A stretch of 64,000 bases of DNA from an uncultured delta proteobacterium (GTDB taxonomy: Bacteria; Desulfobacterota; Desulfobacteria; Desulfobacterales; B30-G6), in NCBI GenBank assembly GCA_963823335.1, contig CAWGLD010000001.1:64001-128000 (forward strand), read 5' to 3'. Shown here one piece after another: positions 1 to 9,284 of this stretch. The notes beneath the pieces are model-generated. The model saw only the letters and a program-made list of their open reading frames with translations. It ran no database searches and was not told the DNA's origin. The position numbers and the translations under genes are program-made. Position 1 is the stretch's first letter. Each line of letters opens with the position of its first letter.

Positions 1-261
1 TTGATACTTGTTTCCATATACGCTGCTTGCAATCCCCCCTTCGACTTGAACCGCAACGAGGTTCGCTAACCCCGTGGGTTCTGCAATAATTTTTTACAAC
101 CATAATACATATCCGTGTCGAAGTATAACGCATTTCCAACACGTTACATTTATTTTACATTATCGGAGCCCTTCTGGAAGGAAAAGGAGAGACAGGGATG
201 ATAGGGGTGCAGACAATGGATCGGTAGCACCACAGGTCAGATTGCAGACCAGCGGCAGTTT

Positions 262-456
262 CTACCACCAGCAGATAACTTCATCGAAATCAAAAATCAG
301 ATCGATCAACTCGTCGTAATCAGGTGCTTCCCCTTCAATCTCGAACAACGGTATCTGTAAACAACTGTACCCCAGTGACAGGGTGTACATGAATGTTCGC
401 TGAAGGTCATCGGTGGGCGTTTTGAGAATATGCAACATTTTCTTTCTTTTAGGCAT
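262..456 (-). CDS. small DsrH/TusB-like protein
   Basis: MLHILKT...DYDELIDLIFDFDEVICWW; start overlaps the stop of the upstream gene; third of a three-small-gene operon. Confidence 0.5.
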   Translation of the reverse strand: MPKRKKMLHILKTPTDDLQRTFMYTLSLGYSCLQIPLFEIEGEAPDYDELIDLIFDFDEVICWW

Positions 457-775
457 CTGTTTCTTCCTTGTGATTGTCCCGGTTTCCAAAGGGGATGACC
501 AGGTCCATTTTTTTCAACTCGCGCGCAAGTTTGTCCAGGGGAACATACTTGAAACCGTGCTGCTCGTTCACCTCAAGGTTGGAATAGGTTTCGCACTCCA
601 TTTCTTCCAGCCATTCCAGATTTTCCTGAAGGGCCTCGTTCATTTCCACCTGGACATCAAACACGAACAGGTAAGCCCAATAGTTATGAGCAGCCAGCCC
701 CAGAGCCGTACGGGTACCTTCCCACACATCCTGAGATCTGCGTACGACGACAGCACAGTGCTTGATATTTTCCAT
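449..775 (-). CDS. DsrE/DsrF-like sulfur-relay family protein
   Basis: 108 aa; WEGTRTALGLA and terminal DLVIPF resemble DsrF/TusC-type proteins; operon context. Confidence 0.5.
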   Translation of the reverse strand: MENIKHCAVVVRRSQDVWEGTRTALGLAAHNYWAYLFVFDVQVEMNEALQENLEWLEEMECETYSNLEVNEQHGFKYVPLDKLARELKKMDLVIPFGNRDNHKEETDA

Positions 776-808
776 AATACGTGTTCCTCTTCTTTTTTCG
801 ACCTAAAA

Positions 809-846
809 TTGAACCGAAAAAGCGAGCGCTCGCTTTTTCGGTTCAA
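809..846. repeat. perfect 38-bp palindrome made of two ends of the TTGAA/TTCAA miniature element
   Basis: ttgaaccgaaaaagcgagcgctcgctttttcggttcaa equals its own reverse complement. Confidence 0.9.
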
Positions 847-1148
847 AACGTCAGATAACGGTCGCAGTCGTAAATCATCTCCGCATGCCACGATTGTGAA
901 GAATACGCACTGCGGTCAAGGACCGCCTTGGCTTCTTCCAGTTTCAGGCCCTCAAACCCGACCTTGCACAGCGCGACATCAACGATTCCTGCCAGCTCTT
1001 CCATTTGGGGATCCGTGCAGAGCCGCGTGCCCTCATGGGTGAAAAAGACTTTCACCGCAACACCTTTTTTTTTGGCTGCCTTACACAGCAGCATCAGCTT
1101 TTCCAGATGGCGATCCGAAGTGACATAAATACCCAGTGTTTTTTTCAT
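843..1148 (-). CDS. DsrE family protein
   Basis: AAKKKGVAVKVFFTHEG and ALC motifs typical of DsrE/TusD-like proteins. Confidence 0.7.
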   Translation of the reverse strand: MKKTLGIYVTSDRHLEKLMLLCKAAKKKGVAVKVFFTHEGTRLCTDPQMEELAGIVDVALCKVGFEGLKLEEAKAVLDRSAYSSQSWHAEMIYDCDRYLTF

Positions 1149-1157
1149 GTTTCGCCC

Positions 1158-1502
1158 TCAATCAAACCTTGAATTGCAGGTAACGCCCCACAGGGCCCAC
1201 TGCTGGCCGGGTCTCGATATTTTATGAGATATTTCCAGCTCCACTGCCGCCCGTTCGTCCGGTTCAAGGGGCAGACGATCCAGGCTGTTATCGATCCCGG
1301 TCCAGAAAAGACCCCGGTAAAACTCCCGCATTCCCTTGACTTTTGCGGTTATGAACCGCTCTTCAACAGCACTCAGCAGGTTGACGGTTCCCGAATCGAG
1401 CCGGTCTCCATTGCCTGGATCTAAAACCAGAAAGACAGCCAGACGAAATTGCCTGCCGCCATGACCGCTTTCCAGCGGATCTCTCTTCCATTCGATATGC
1501 AT
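1158..1502 (-). CDS. hypothetical protein
   Basis: 114-aa ORF ending 9 bp before the DsrE-like gene, same strand. Confidence 0.6.
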   Translation of the reverse strand: MHIEWKRDPLESGHGGRQFRLAVFLVLDPGNGDRLDSGTVNLLSAVEERFITAKVKGMREFYRGLFWTGIDNSLDRLPLEPDERAAVELEISHKISRPGQQWALWGVTCNSRFD

Positions 1503-1629
1503 CGCGTGACCGTCCGATTAAAACAGCTACATTGTGGTATTTATATAGTTAAGCCCTATAGAAACTGGTGTCAACATCTTTGTACCACCCAGAATGAACC
1601 GTCACCGCTCCCCCATCTTACCGGAATAA

Positions 1630-1658
1630 TTGACACACCACCATCCGATGCATAGTGT
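1630..1658 (+). promoter_or_regulatory. sigma70-type promoter for the MATE gene
   Basis: TTGACA-17 bp-TAGTGT about 100 bp upstream of the ATG. Confidence 0.5.
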
Positions 1659-1756
1659 TGCTCCTGAGATCGTACAAGAAAATACCGGCGCTATCTGCTC
1701 CTTTTTACGATTAAAAATGCAACCCTGTGCCACAGATTAATGATAGGTCAATATAA

Positions 1757-3136
1757 ATGGACACAGATAATGGCTTGATCACAAAACCGATTCCCGGATT
1801 GATTGCCCAATTGGCGATTCCCGCCAGTATCGGTATGTTTTTCAACACCATGTTCAATGTGGTGGACACCTATTTCAGCGGTCTGATCTCCACCGAAGCC
1901 ATCGCGGCACTGTCCCTGTCCTTTCCGGTGTTTTTTGTCATATTGGCCATCGGGTTTGGCATCAGCACCGGCACGACGGCATTAATCGCCAATGCCCTGG
2001 GTTCCGGCGATGAGAATAAAGCGCAGCTGTATGCCATTCAATCCGTGTCGTTCACCATCCTTTTGTCCATGGCGCTGACGTTGGCAGGTCTTTTTGCGGC
2101 ACCTTTCCTGTTTGGTGTCCTCGGGGCTGAAGGAAGCTATCTGACAATCTCCCTGTCTTATATCAACATCATCTTTTACGGTATGGTGTTTTTTTCCCTG
2201 ACCTTTGTGTTAAATGCAATTCTGACTGCCCAAGGCGACACCAGATCATTTCGCAATGTGTTGATTGTCGGTTTTTTTCTCAATTTGCTTTTCGATCCCT
2301 GGTTTATCTACGGCGGCTTTGGTCTGCCGGCCATGGGTCTTGCCGGTGTGGCATGGGCTACGATTTTAATTCAGCTGTTCAGCACCCTGTTCATGAGCAT
2401 GCGCGTCATCAAATCCGGTTTGATCTGTCGGGAGTGCTGGGCCATGTTCATTCCACGCCAGCACTTTTTTCTGGATATTGCAAAACAGGGCTTTCCGGCC
2501 AGTCTGAATACCATGAGCATCGCCATCGGGATTTTCATCATTACCTGGTTCATCAGCAAATATGGGCAGACTGCGGTTGCCGCCTACGGCATCGCCACCC
2601 GGGTGGACCAGATCGCCTTATTGCCCATCATGGGGCTTACCACCGCGACATTGACACTGGTGGGTCAGAACAACGGTGCAACCTTTTTTCAACGCTGCCG
2701 GGAGGTGTATCAAAAGGCGATGCTATACGGTATCGTTATCACCACGGTGAGCATGGTCATCGTATTTTTCTTTCCCCGTCTGATCATGCAGATATTTACC
2801 CAAGACGCGGCAGTACTGGATATCGGCACCTTTTATTTGAAAATTTCGGCCTTTATTTACTGGGCCTACATCATCCTGTTTGTAGCCGTGGCCGCCCTGC
2901 AGGGCTTGAAGCGGCCCTTGTATGCCATTTGGATAGGGCTTTATCGTCAGATTCTGGCCCCGGCAATTGTTTTTTACGCGCTGGCCAGTCTCCTGGGTAT
3001 GGGTCTTACCGGGATCTGGTGGGGAATTTTTGTGGTCACCTGGTCAGCCACCATTTTCACCCTGTTTTACGTGCGCCGGACCATGAACAGGATGTTCGTC
3101 CCAGCGAAAGCTCCTGCCGCAAGTACGAATAAATAA
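1757..3136 (+). CDS. MATE family efflux transporter
   Basis: 459 aa, about 12 TM; LAIPASIGMFFNTMFNVVDT, GDT, GLAGVAWAT, AAYGIA, GQNNGA motifs. Confidence 0.95.
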   Translation: MDTDNGLITKPIPGLIAQLAIPASIGMFFNTMFNVVDTYFSGLISTEAIAALSLSFPVFFVILAIGFGISTGTTALIANALGSGDENKAQLYAIQSVSFTILLSMALTLAGLFAAPFLFGVLGAEGSYLTISLSYINIIFYGMVFFSLTFVLNAILTAQGDTRSFRNVLIVGFFLNLLFDPWFIYGGFGLPAMGLAGVAWATILIQLFSTLFMSMRVIKSGLICRECWAMFIPRQHFFLDIAKQGFPASLNTMSIAIGIFIITWFISKYGQTAVAAYGIATRVDQIALLPIMGLTTATLTLVGQNNGATFFQRCREVYQKAMLYGIVITTVSMVIVFFFPRLIMQIFTQDAAVLDIGTFYLKISAFIYWAYIILFVAVAALQGLKRPLYAIWIGLYRQILAPAIVFYALASLLGMGLTGIWWGIFVVTWSATIFTLFYVRRTMNRMFVPAKAPAASTNK

Positions 3137-4003
3137 AAGATCAACCCTTTGTAGATAATGTTTGTATATTTTTTTATTGGCATCTTCGACACGTTGGAAA
3201 AAGCCGCTATTAACCGCCCCCCGAAGTATGCACAGCTCCTTGATCTGATCGATACTTTGCCGGCCATCCACAAGCTGGCTGCAGGTATCGGTGCATCTGC
3301 CACAGTCGATACACAGCCAGATGGAAGGGGATCGCATCAATTCGTCAATTAACCCGAGATTGATCATACGAAACAATACCCGGGGATCAAAGACCGATCG
3401 TTCACAAACGATCGGGCAGGCGCTGCTGCATTCGCCACAGGTAAAACAGGCTTGTGTCCGGGACAATGCCATAACGGTCTTGATATCGCTGGTAAGCCAG
3501 TGAGTTTTCTGCATCGAAATGAGGGAAGCAGATGGGCGAACCGGCTGCTCCAACCAGTCATGCCACATCTGATCAGTAAAAATTTCGAGTTCCTTATCAA
3601 AACAATGATGGACAGCCCGCCAACGTACTCTTTGGAATTTGGCAAACAGATCCTGATAAAGTCTCAATGTACCCATGGAGACGATCCCCTTGAAAAAGGC
3701 TTCACGACGCGCAAACGCAATCAGCGTGGACGGACTGACAACATTGGGACAAACATTCATACAGCGCCGGCAGGTCAGGCAGTACCAGATTTCCGGCATA
3801 TGCAACAGCTCTTCCAACAAGCCCAGATTGGCCATACGAACTATTTTCTGGGGTCTCAGACGACCGGTGGCAATGTTCACAGGGCATTCGAAGTCGCAGG
3901 AACCACATGTCCAGCACATGGTCGTCATACTGCGGGAGGCTCGATCAAGCTGTCGACCCAATGTTACATCCGGCGTGATGAAAGATGCCATGCTCTCTCC
4001 CAT
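3044..4003 (-). CDS. 4Fe-4S dicluster protein with two tandem HdrC-like domains
   Basis: two repeats of CxxCGxCxxxCP ... IWxCxxCxxCxxxC. Confidence 0.8.
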   Translation of the reverse strand: MGESMASFITPDVTLGRQLDRASRSMTTMCWTCGSCDFECPVNIATGRLRPQKIVRMANLGLLEELLHMPEIWYCLTCRRCMNVCPNVVSPSTLIAFARREAFFKGIVSMGTLRLYQDLFAKFQRVRWRAVHHCFDKELEIFTDQMWHDWLEQPVRPSASLISMQKTHWLTSDIKTVMALSRTQACFTCGECSSACPIVCERSVFDPRVLFRMINLGLIDELMRSPSIWLCIDCGRCTDTCSQLVDGRQSIDQIKELCILRGAVNSGFFQRVEDANKKIYKHYLQRVDLLFIRTCGRSFRWDEHPVHGPAHVKQGENGG

Positions 4004-4320
4004 TTAGGTTCAGGGCAATAACCAGGTTGCGTTTTGCTTTTTTAAGATTGGAACACGATTATCAGTGCTGTTCGCGCTGCATACAACAGAGTATAGGGTG
4101 GTGGTGTGCCGGTTGTGTCGCTGTATCCGAGGCAGTCATTAGCTACAATGTGGCATAACACCTGATCCAAATCAATACTAAAAAGCGACCGGTCAGATCA
4201 GAATTTCTTCAACCTGATTCTTAGTTGGCGGTGCCTTCGTACCTATTGCCGGAACCACGACAGGCTGCATTGTTTATGATCTTGACATGGAATCTTCGTT
4301 TCTCTATACTTTATTGTTTT

Positions 4321-4423
4321 TAGGGGTTGTCAGAAAAACGATCCGATTGAGGGCCTTTTTTCTGCTACAACCCCTTATGCCGCCATCCTATTTTCGGAAC
4401 ATTATTATGACAAGCGGTATAAA
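4321..4423. repeat. 103-bp double-hairpin intergenic repeat, copy 1
   Basis: near-identical to 24602-24704; aggggttgt/acaacccct and tatgccgc/gcggtata stems. Confidence 0.9.
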
Positions 4424-4458
4424 TACAATCTTTGGCCTAAATTCTTTTGGTATTATTC

Positions 4459-5865
4459 ATGTTTGGAAAAAATAACACGCTATCTGAAAAGATTTTGATC
4501 CTCGGCCTCGGCGGCGTCGGGTATTATCTGGCTAAACGGCTGGCCCATGAAGGGTATACCATTACCGTCATCGAGTCGGAGGGTCGCTTGATTCGAGAAG
4601 CAGACGGTACCCTGGATGCCCGGTTGATGCAGGGCAATGCCATGAGTATTGAATGCTGGCGCGAGGCCAATGCCGAAAAAATGGATTACCTCATCGCCGT
4701 CACCGACAACGACGCCGTGAACATGATGGCTGCCACCATTGCTCATCGTTTTGGAATACAACGAAAAATTGCCAGGGTCCGTTCCCAGGAATTCGGGAAT
4801 CAAGATTCGTTTCTTTCGGATGAAGACCTGAAAATAGACCTGTTCATTCACCCGGAAGAATTGGCGGCCCAGGAAATTATCAGAATCATCAAACTAAGGG
4901 CAGGCAACGATATTACCGATATCGCCAATGGACAAATCCAGGTCATGGCGACACGCATCAGGGAATCATCCTCCCTTGCCAATAAAAAGCTGAAAGAAAT
5001 TTCCCAGACCTATCATGAATTCCCATTTCGGGTGGTCTCCCTTGCCCGGGGTATCACCACCATCATTCCGGGAGGGAACGACACGCTTTTGCCCCAGGAC
5101 CAGATCTTTATTATGGCCGCCACCAAGGATTTGCCCAAGCTGATGTCTCTCACCGGTGACAGGAAGAAACGCAGTCACAAGGTGATGATTTTAGGCGGCG
5201 GCCTGGTGGGGAGCCGCGTCGCCCAGTTGCTGGAAAAAACCGTCCAGGTTACCCTGATCGAAAAGAATGAAAAATCGGCTGAAGAATTGTCTATTTCCCT
5301 AAAGAATACAGAAGTCCTGCATGGGGATGGTTCCGATGCCAATGTACTGCAGATGGCCGGTCTTCTGGATGTGGATACGTTTATCACCGCAACCGGGGAC
5401 AATGAAACCAATATCATGAGCTCCATGCTGGCAAAGCACCTCATGGACGAAAAAGGCAGTGAAGAAAAATCCCGTCAAAGAAAATCGATCTGCCTGGTCA
5501 ACAAAGAGGACTACCTGGTGCTGGCCGGCACCATGGGTTCTGATATTGCGCTGAACAAGAAAATGCTGGCCGGCAACGAGATCCTGAAATTCATCAGAAT
5601 GGGCCAGCTCTTGTCCGTGGCCCATCTGCACGGCTCTGACGCTGAAATGGTGGAAATCGTGGCTGAACCCGGGTCGCCCGTCACCCGCAAACCCCTGTCC
5701 AAACTGGATCCCTCTTATTATGGAAAAATTCTTATCGGTGCTATTTTCCGGGATGAAAAATGGCAGATCGCCGTGGGTGACACCCAAATCCAGGATAACG
5801 AGCGGGCCATTGTCGTGTGTATGTCAATGTCTTTAAAAGATGTTCAGCAGTTGTTTTTTAAGTAG
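4459..5865 (+). CDS. trkA: Trk potassium uptake NAD-binding subunit
   Basis: two RCK-N (GLGGVG, GGGLVG) and RCK-C domain pairs. Confidence 0.93.
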   Translation: MFGKNNTLSEKILILGLGGVGYYLAKRLAHEGYTITVIESEGRLIREADGTLDARLMQGNAMSIECWREANAEKMDYLIAVTDNDAVNMMAATIAHRFGIQRKIARVRSQEFGNQDSFLSDEDLKIDLFIHPEELAAQEIIRIIKLRAGNDITDIANGQIQVMATRIRESSSLANKKLKEISQTYHEFPFRVVSLARGITTIIPGGNDTLLPQDQIFIMAATKDLPKLMSLTGDRKKRSHKVMILGGGLVGSRVAQLLEKTVQVTLIEKNEKSAEELSISLKNTEVLHGDGSDANVLQMAGLLDVDTFITATGDNETNIMSSMLAKHLMDEKGSEEKSRQRKSICLVNKEDYLVLAGTMGSDIALNKKMLAGNEILKFIRMGQLLSVAHLHGSDAEMVEIVAEPGSPVTRKPLSKLDPSYYGKILIGAIFRDEKWQIAVGDTQIQDNERAIVVCMSMSLKDVQQLFFK

Positions 5866-5871
5866 AACCTT

Positions 5872-7329
5872 TTATTTCTTCCAGAAAGATGGGTAAAATA
5901 TCACCAGTGCCGAGAACATCTCCAGCCTCCCCACCAGCATGTTCCAGGACAAGAACCACTTCCCAAAAGCGGAGATGTGGGCATAGTTTTCAGAGGGGCC
6001 GATGGTGCCGAATCCCGGGCCGATATTCATCAGTGTGGCGATAACGGAACTCATGCCGGTGACATAGTCCATGTCGTCAACCAGCACCATCACGCACCCA
6101 CCGCCGAAGATAAGAAAGATATTGACAATAAAATAGCATATGGCCAGGTCGATAATGAGCCGGTCGATGGGACGGCCGTTCAGGCGGACCGTGACCACCG
6201 ACATGGGTTGAAAAAATATTTTTTTAATGGATGCCACCATGTATTTCCAGACGATGACATAATGAACCACTTTGATGCCACTGGTGGTCGATCCGGCGCA
6301 GGCGCCGATAAAACACGATGCATAGAGAAACATTTGGGCGGCCTGGGGCCATTTTTCATAATCGGCGGTGGTGAACCCGGTGGTGGTCAGCAGCGACATG
6401 ATCTGAAAAGTGCCGTATCGAATGGAATCCCCCAGGCTTCCGTAGGTGTTTTCCTTCCACAAGATCCATGCCACCATACCGCAGAAAAAGAGCAAAAAAC
6501 CCACGTACCAGCGGAATTCGGTATTTATCCTGATAACCTTCCATTCCCCTTTGACCATATGGTAGAACAGCATAAAGGTCATACCGCCAAAGAACATGAA
6601 CAGAGTAATCACCCAGTCAAAATAAGCGCTGTCATAATGTCCGATACTTGCGTTTTTGGGCGAATAACCCGATGTCGATACGGTCCCGAAGGAATGGCAC
6701 AAAGAATCAAACAGGGACATGCCGCCGAAACACAACAAGGCCGTTTCCAGGACATTCAAGGTCAGGTAGATGCCCCAGAGCCAGATCATGGTATCCCGGT
6801 TGCGGGGCATGAATTTTTCCTTGGTAATCACCTGTCCGGGGCTCGACTCGGCACGAAAAATACGCACCCCGCCCATGCCATGCGGAAGAAAAATAACGGT
6901 CAGGGTCAAAAACCCCATGCCGCCCAACAAATGGGTCTGGCTGCGCCAGAACAACAATCCATGCGGAACAATTTCAATATCCCTGAGAATCGTCGCACCA
7001 CTGGTGGTATACCCGGACATCATTTCAAAAAAAGCATCGGTAAATGAGGGGATTGAACCGTGAAACATGAAAGGCAGTCCCGACACTGCAGAAATCAGGA
7101 CCCATCCAAACACGGCAATGAAAAAGCCGTCTTTGATGTTCAGTTCATGGTGTCTTCGAAAAAACCACCACAGGGGTAAGCCAAATAAAAAGGTGATAAT
7201 CCCGGAAATAAAAATGGAAAACAGATCGTTCTCCCTGTAATAAATAGAACAGGCCAATGGCAATACCATGGAACAGCCCGTAACGATCAACAGTTTTCCC
7301 AGGACATTTGCGATGGATGCATAATTCAT
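5872..7329 (-). CDS. trkH: Trk potassium uptake membrane subunit
   Basis: DAFFEMMSGYTTSGAT, STSGYS, TTTGF, GACAGSTTSGIKV, NIGPG, MLVGRLE. Confidence 0.95.
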   Translation of the reverse strand: MNYASIANVLGKLLIVTGCSMVLPLACSIYYRENDLFSIFISGIITFLFGLPLWWFFRRHHELNIKDGFFIAVFGWVLISAVSGLPFMFHGSIPSFTDAFFEMMSGYTTSGATILRDIEIVPHGLLFWRSQTHLLGGMGFLTLTVIFLPHGMGGVRIFRAESSPGQVITKEKFMPRNRDTMIWLWGIYLTLNVLETALLCFGGMSLFDSLCHSFGTVSTSGYSPKNASIGHYDSAYFDWVITLFMFFGGMTFMLFYHMVKGEWKVIRINTEFRWYVGFLLFFCGMVAWILWKENTYGSLGDSIRYGTFQIMSLLTTTGFTTADYEKWPQAAQMFLYASCFIGACAGSTTSGIKVVHYVIVWKYMVASIKKIFFQPMSVVTVRLNGRPIDRLIIDLAICYFIVNIFLIFGGGCVMVLVDDMDYVTGMSSVIATLMNIGPGFGTIGPSENYAHISAFGKWFLSWNMLVGRLEMFSALVIFYPSFWKK

Positions 7330-7612
7330 AAGCGGCTCAACAGACTCTTGTAAACAGTCTCTCTGTTTTACATGAAAATAAATATAAAATCATCATTTAT
7401 GTGATTATTGGGGCGATAAACTGGGTTGATGTTGCCAGAAGGGACGGGGATGATCAAGACTGAAAAGAGGCGGTTTCCTGGTTCAGACTCTCGAAATCAC
7501 GCAATCAAATGGCTTTAATGGTCAATATCGAAAAAAAAAGGCCCCTGCCTTGACTTTACGGGTTTTATTCCCCATGTTACTGAAAATACGTTTGTAACCA
7601 AAGGAGTTTGCA

Positions 7613-8122
7613 ATGCAGAGAGTCGAAAATGGTTTGTTTGTAAGTGTCGATTATACGGGAACGCTGGAAAATGGCGAGGTGTTTGACTCCAGCAAAGACC
7701 GTGAACCCCTCGAAGTTCACATGGGTGCCGGCAACATGATCCCCGGGTTTGAATCGGCCCTCATGGGTATGTCCCTCAACGAGAGCAAAACCTTTACCCT
7801 TGCACCTGAAGAAGCCTACGGGGAGCGTGACGACAGTCGCACATATGCTTTCCCCAAATCCGATATTCCTCCGGAGATGAAACCGGAGGTGGGCCAGATC
7901 CTGGCATTGACCAATCCAGACGGGCAACAGATCCCTGCCCGGGTGGATCGGATAGATGATGAAACCGTGAGTTTTGATCTCAACCACCCCCTGGCCGGGG
8001 AATCGCTTACCTTTACAGTGGAAGTGCTGGGCATCAACGAAACCAAGGTTCAACAAAACCAGGGCTGCGGTTGCAGTTCCTCATCCGGTGGCTGTGGTTG
8101 CGGTGATTCCGGCTGCTGCTGA
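7613..8122 (+). CDS. slyD: FKBP-type peptidyl-prolyl isomerase with Cys-rich tail (SlyD-like)
   Basis: GEVFDSS, IPGFESAL, EEAYG, DLNHPLAG; C-terminal GCGC...GCC. Confidence 0.88.
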   Translation: MQRVENGLFVSVDYTGTLENGEVFDSSKDREPLEVHMGAGNMIPGFESALMGMSLNESKTFTLAPEEAYGERDDSRTYAFPKSDIPPEMKPEVGQILALTNPDGQQIPARVDRIDDETVSFDLNHPLAGESLTFTVEVLGINETKVQQNQGCGCSSSSGGCGCGDSGCC

Positions 8123-8134
8123 TGGAGAGCGCGT

Positions 8135-9250
8135 ATGAATACGTTTTTTCTTCGTTATCTATTTACGATGGGGATCTTTCTTTGCCTGGCAAATCCCCCG
8201 AGCACCCTCGCCGACGCAAACGTATCGGCTGACTACCCGTCCCTTATGTCGTCTCTGAAGATAGACGATGCGCATGACTTTTGTGATGAAGAAGTCCCCA
8301 TCAACAACCAGGAAGTCCGGGAACGATTTGAAAAAGAGCTTTTGCTTTCCCTCTGGGATCGACCACAGGTAATTCTCTGGTTGAAACGATCCCATCGCTA
8401 TCTTCCCCACATTGAAAAAATACTGCAAGAAAACGGGATGCCGGATGACCTCAAATATATCGCTGTGGCTGAGAGCGCCTTGCGACCCCATGTAGGTTCA
8501 AAGAGGGGAGCCATCGGATTCTGGCAATTTACAGCCGCCACCGGTCGGAAATATGGACTGGTCGTCGACGAACATGTGGATCAGCGCCGAAACATTTTTG
8601 CCTCAACAGCGGCCGCCATTCAATACTTGAAACAACTTCACCAAGACTTTGGTTCGTGGACCCTTGCCGCTGCCGCATACAATATGGGCGAAGGTGGTCT
8701 CATGGCCGAAATAATGGAGCAGGGCACGAATAACTATTACCTGCTGTATCTCCCTCTTGAAACACAGCAATATCTCTTTCGTCTTCTTTCGGTAAAGCTG
8801 ATTTTTTCAGATCCGGAAAGCTACGGTTTCAGACTGACAAAAAAAGACACGTATCCACCGTTGTCCTTTGATCAGGTTCAGGTGGCCTGCTCCCAGGAGA
8901 TCCCTATCCGGATTGTTGCTCAGGCAGCCAAGACACATTTCAAGACGATCAAGGATCTGAATCCTGAAATTCGGGGTCACTATCTTACCGAGGGAAAACA
9001 TACCATTCTGATACCCAGCGGGGCTTCAATGGGTTTTCAAGAGCGCTATATAAACCTTGAAAATAAATATTCAGCAACCCGGGAGGAAAGAATATATATC
9101 GTCAAAGAAGGGGACAATCTTTCTATAATTGCCGACAGGTTCGGTATCCCACTGGCAGCCCTCATTATCTGGAACCGCATTGATTTCCAGCGTCCTATCC
9201 ATCCGGGCGATCGTCTGATTGTCAATCGAGACACCATGCAACCCGAGTAG
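8135..9250 (+). CDS. lytic murein transglycosylase with LysM (MltD-like)
   Basis: AVAES, GAIGFWQF, AAAAYNMG SLT motifs; C-terminal LysM. Confidence 0.9.
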   Translation: MNTFFLRYLFTMGIFLCLANPPSTLADANVSADYPSLMSSLKIDDAHDFCDEEVPINNQEVRERFEKELLLSLWDRPQVILWLKRSHRYLPHIEKILQENGMPDDLKYIAVAESALRPHVGSKRGAIGFWQFTAATGRKYGLVVDEHVDQRRNIFASTAAAIQYLKQLHQDFGSWTLAAAAYNMGEGGLMAEIMEQGTNNYYLLYLPLETQQYLFRLLSVKLIFSDPESYGFRLTKKDTYPPLSFDQVQVACSQEIPIRIVAQAAKTHFKTIKDLNPEIRGHYLTEGKHTILIPSGASMGFQERYINLENKYSATREERIYIVKEGDNLSIIADRFGIPLAALIIWNRIDFQRPIHPGDRLIVNRDTMQPE

Positions 9251-9284
9251 ATATCCGGAATAGACCGTAAAGGGCATGTTGAAA

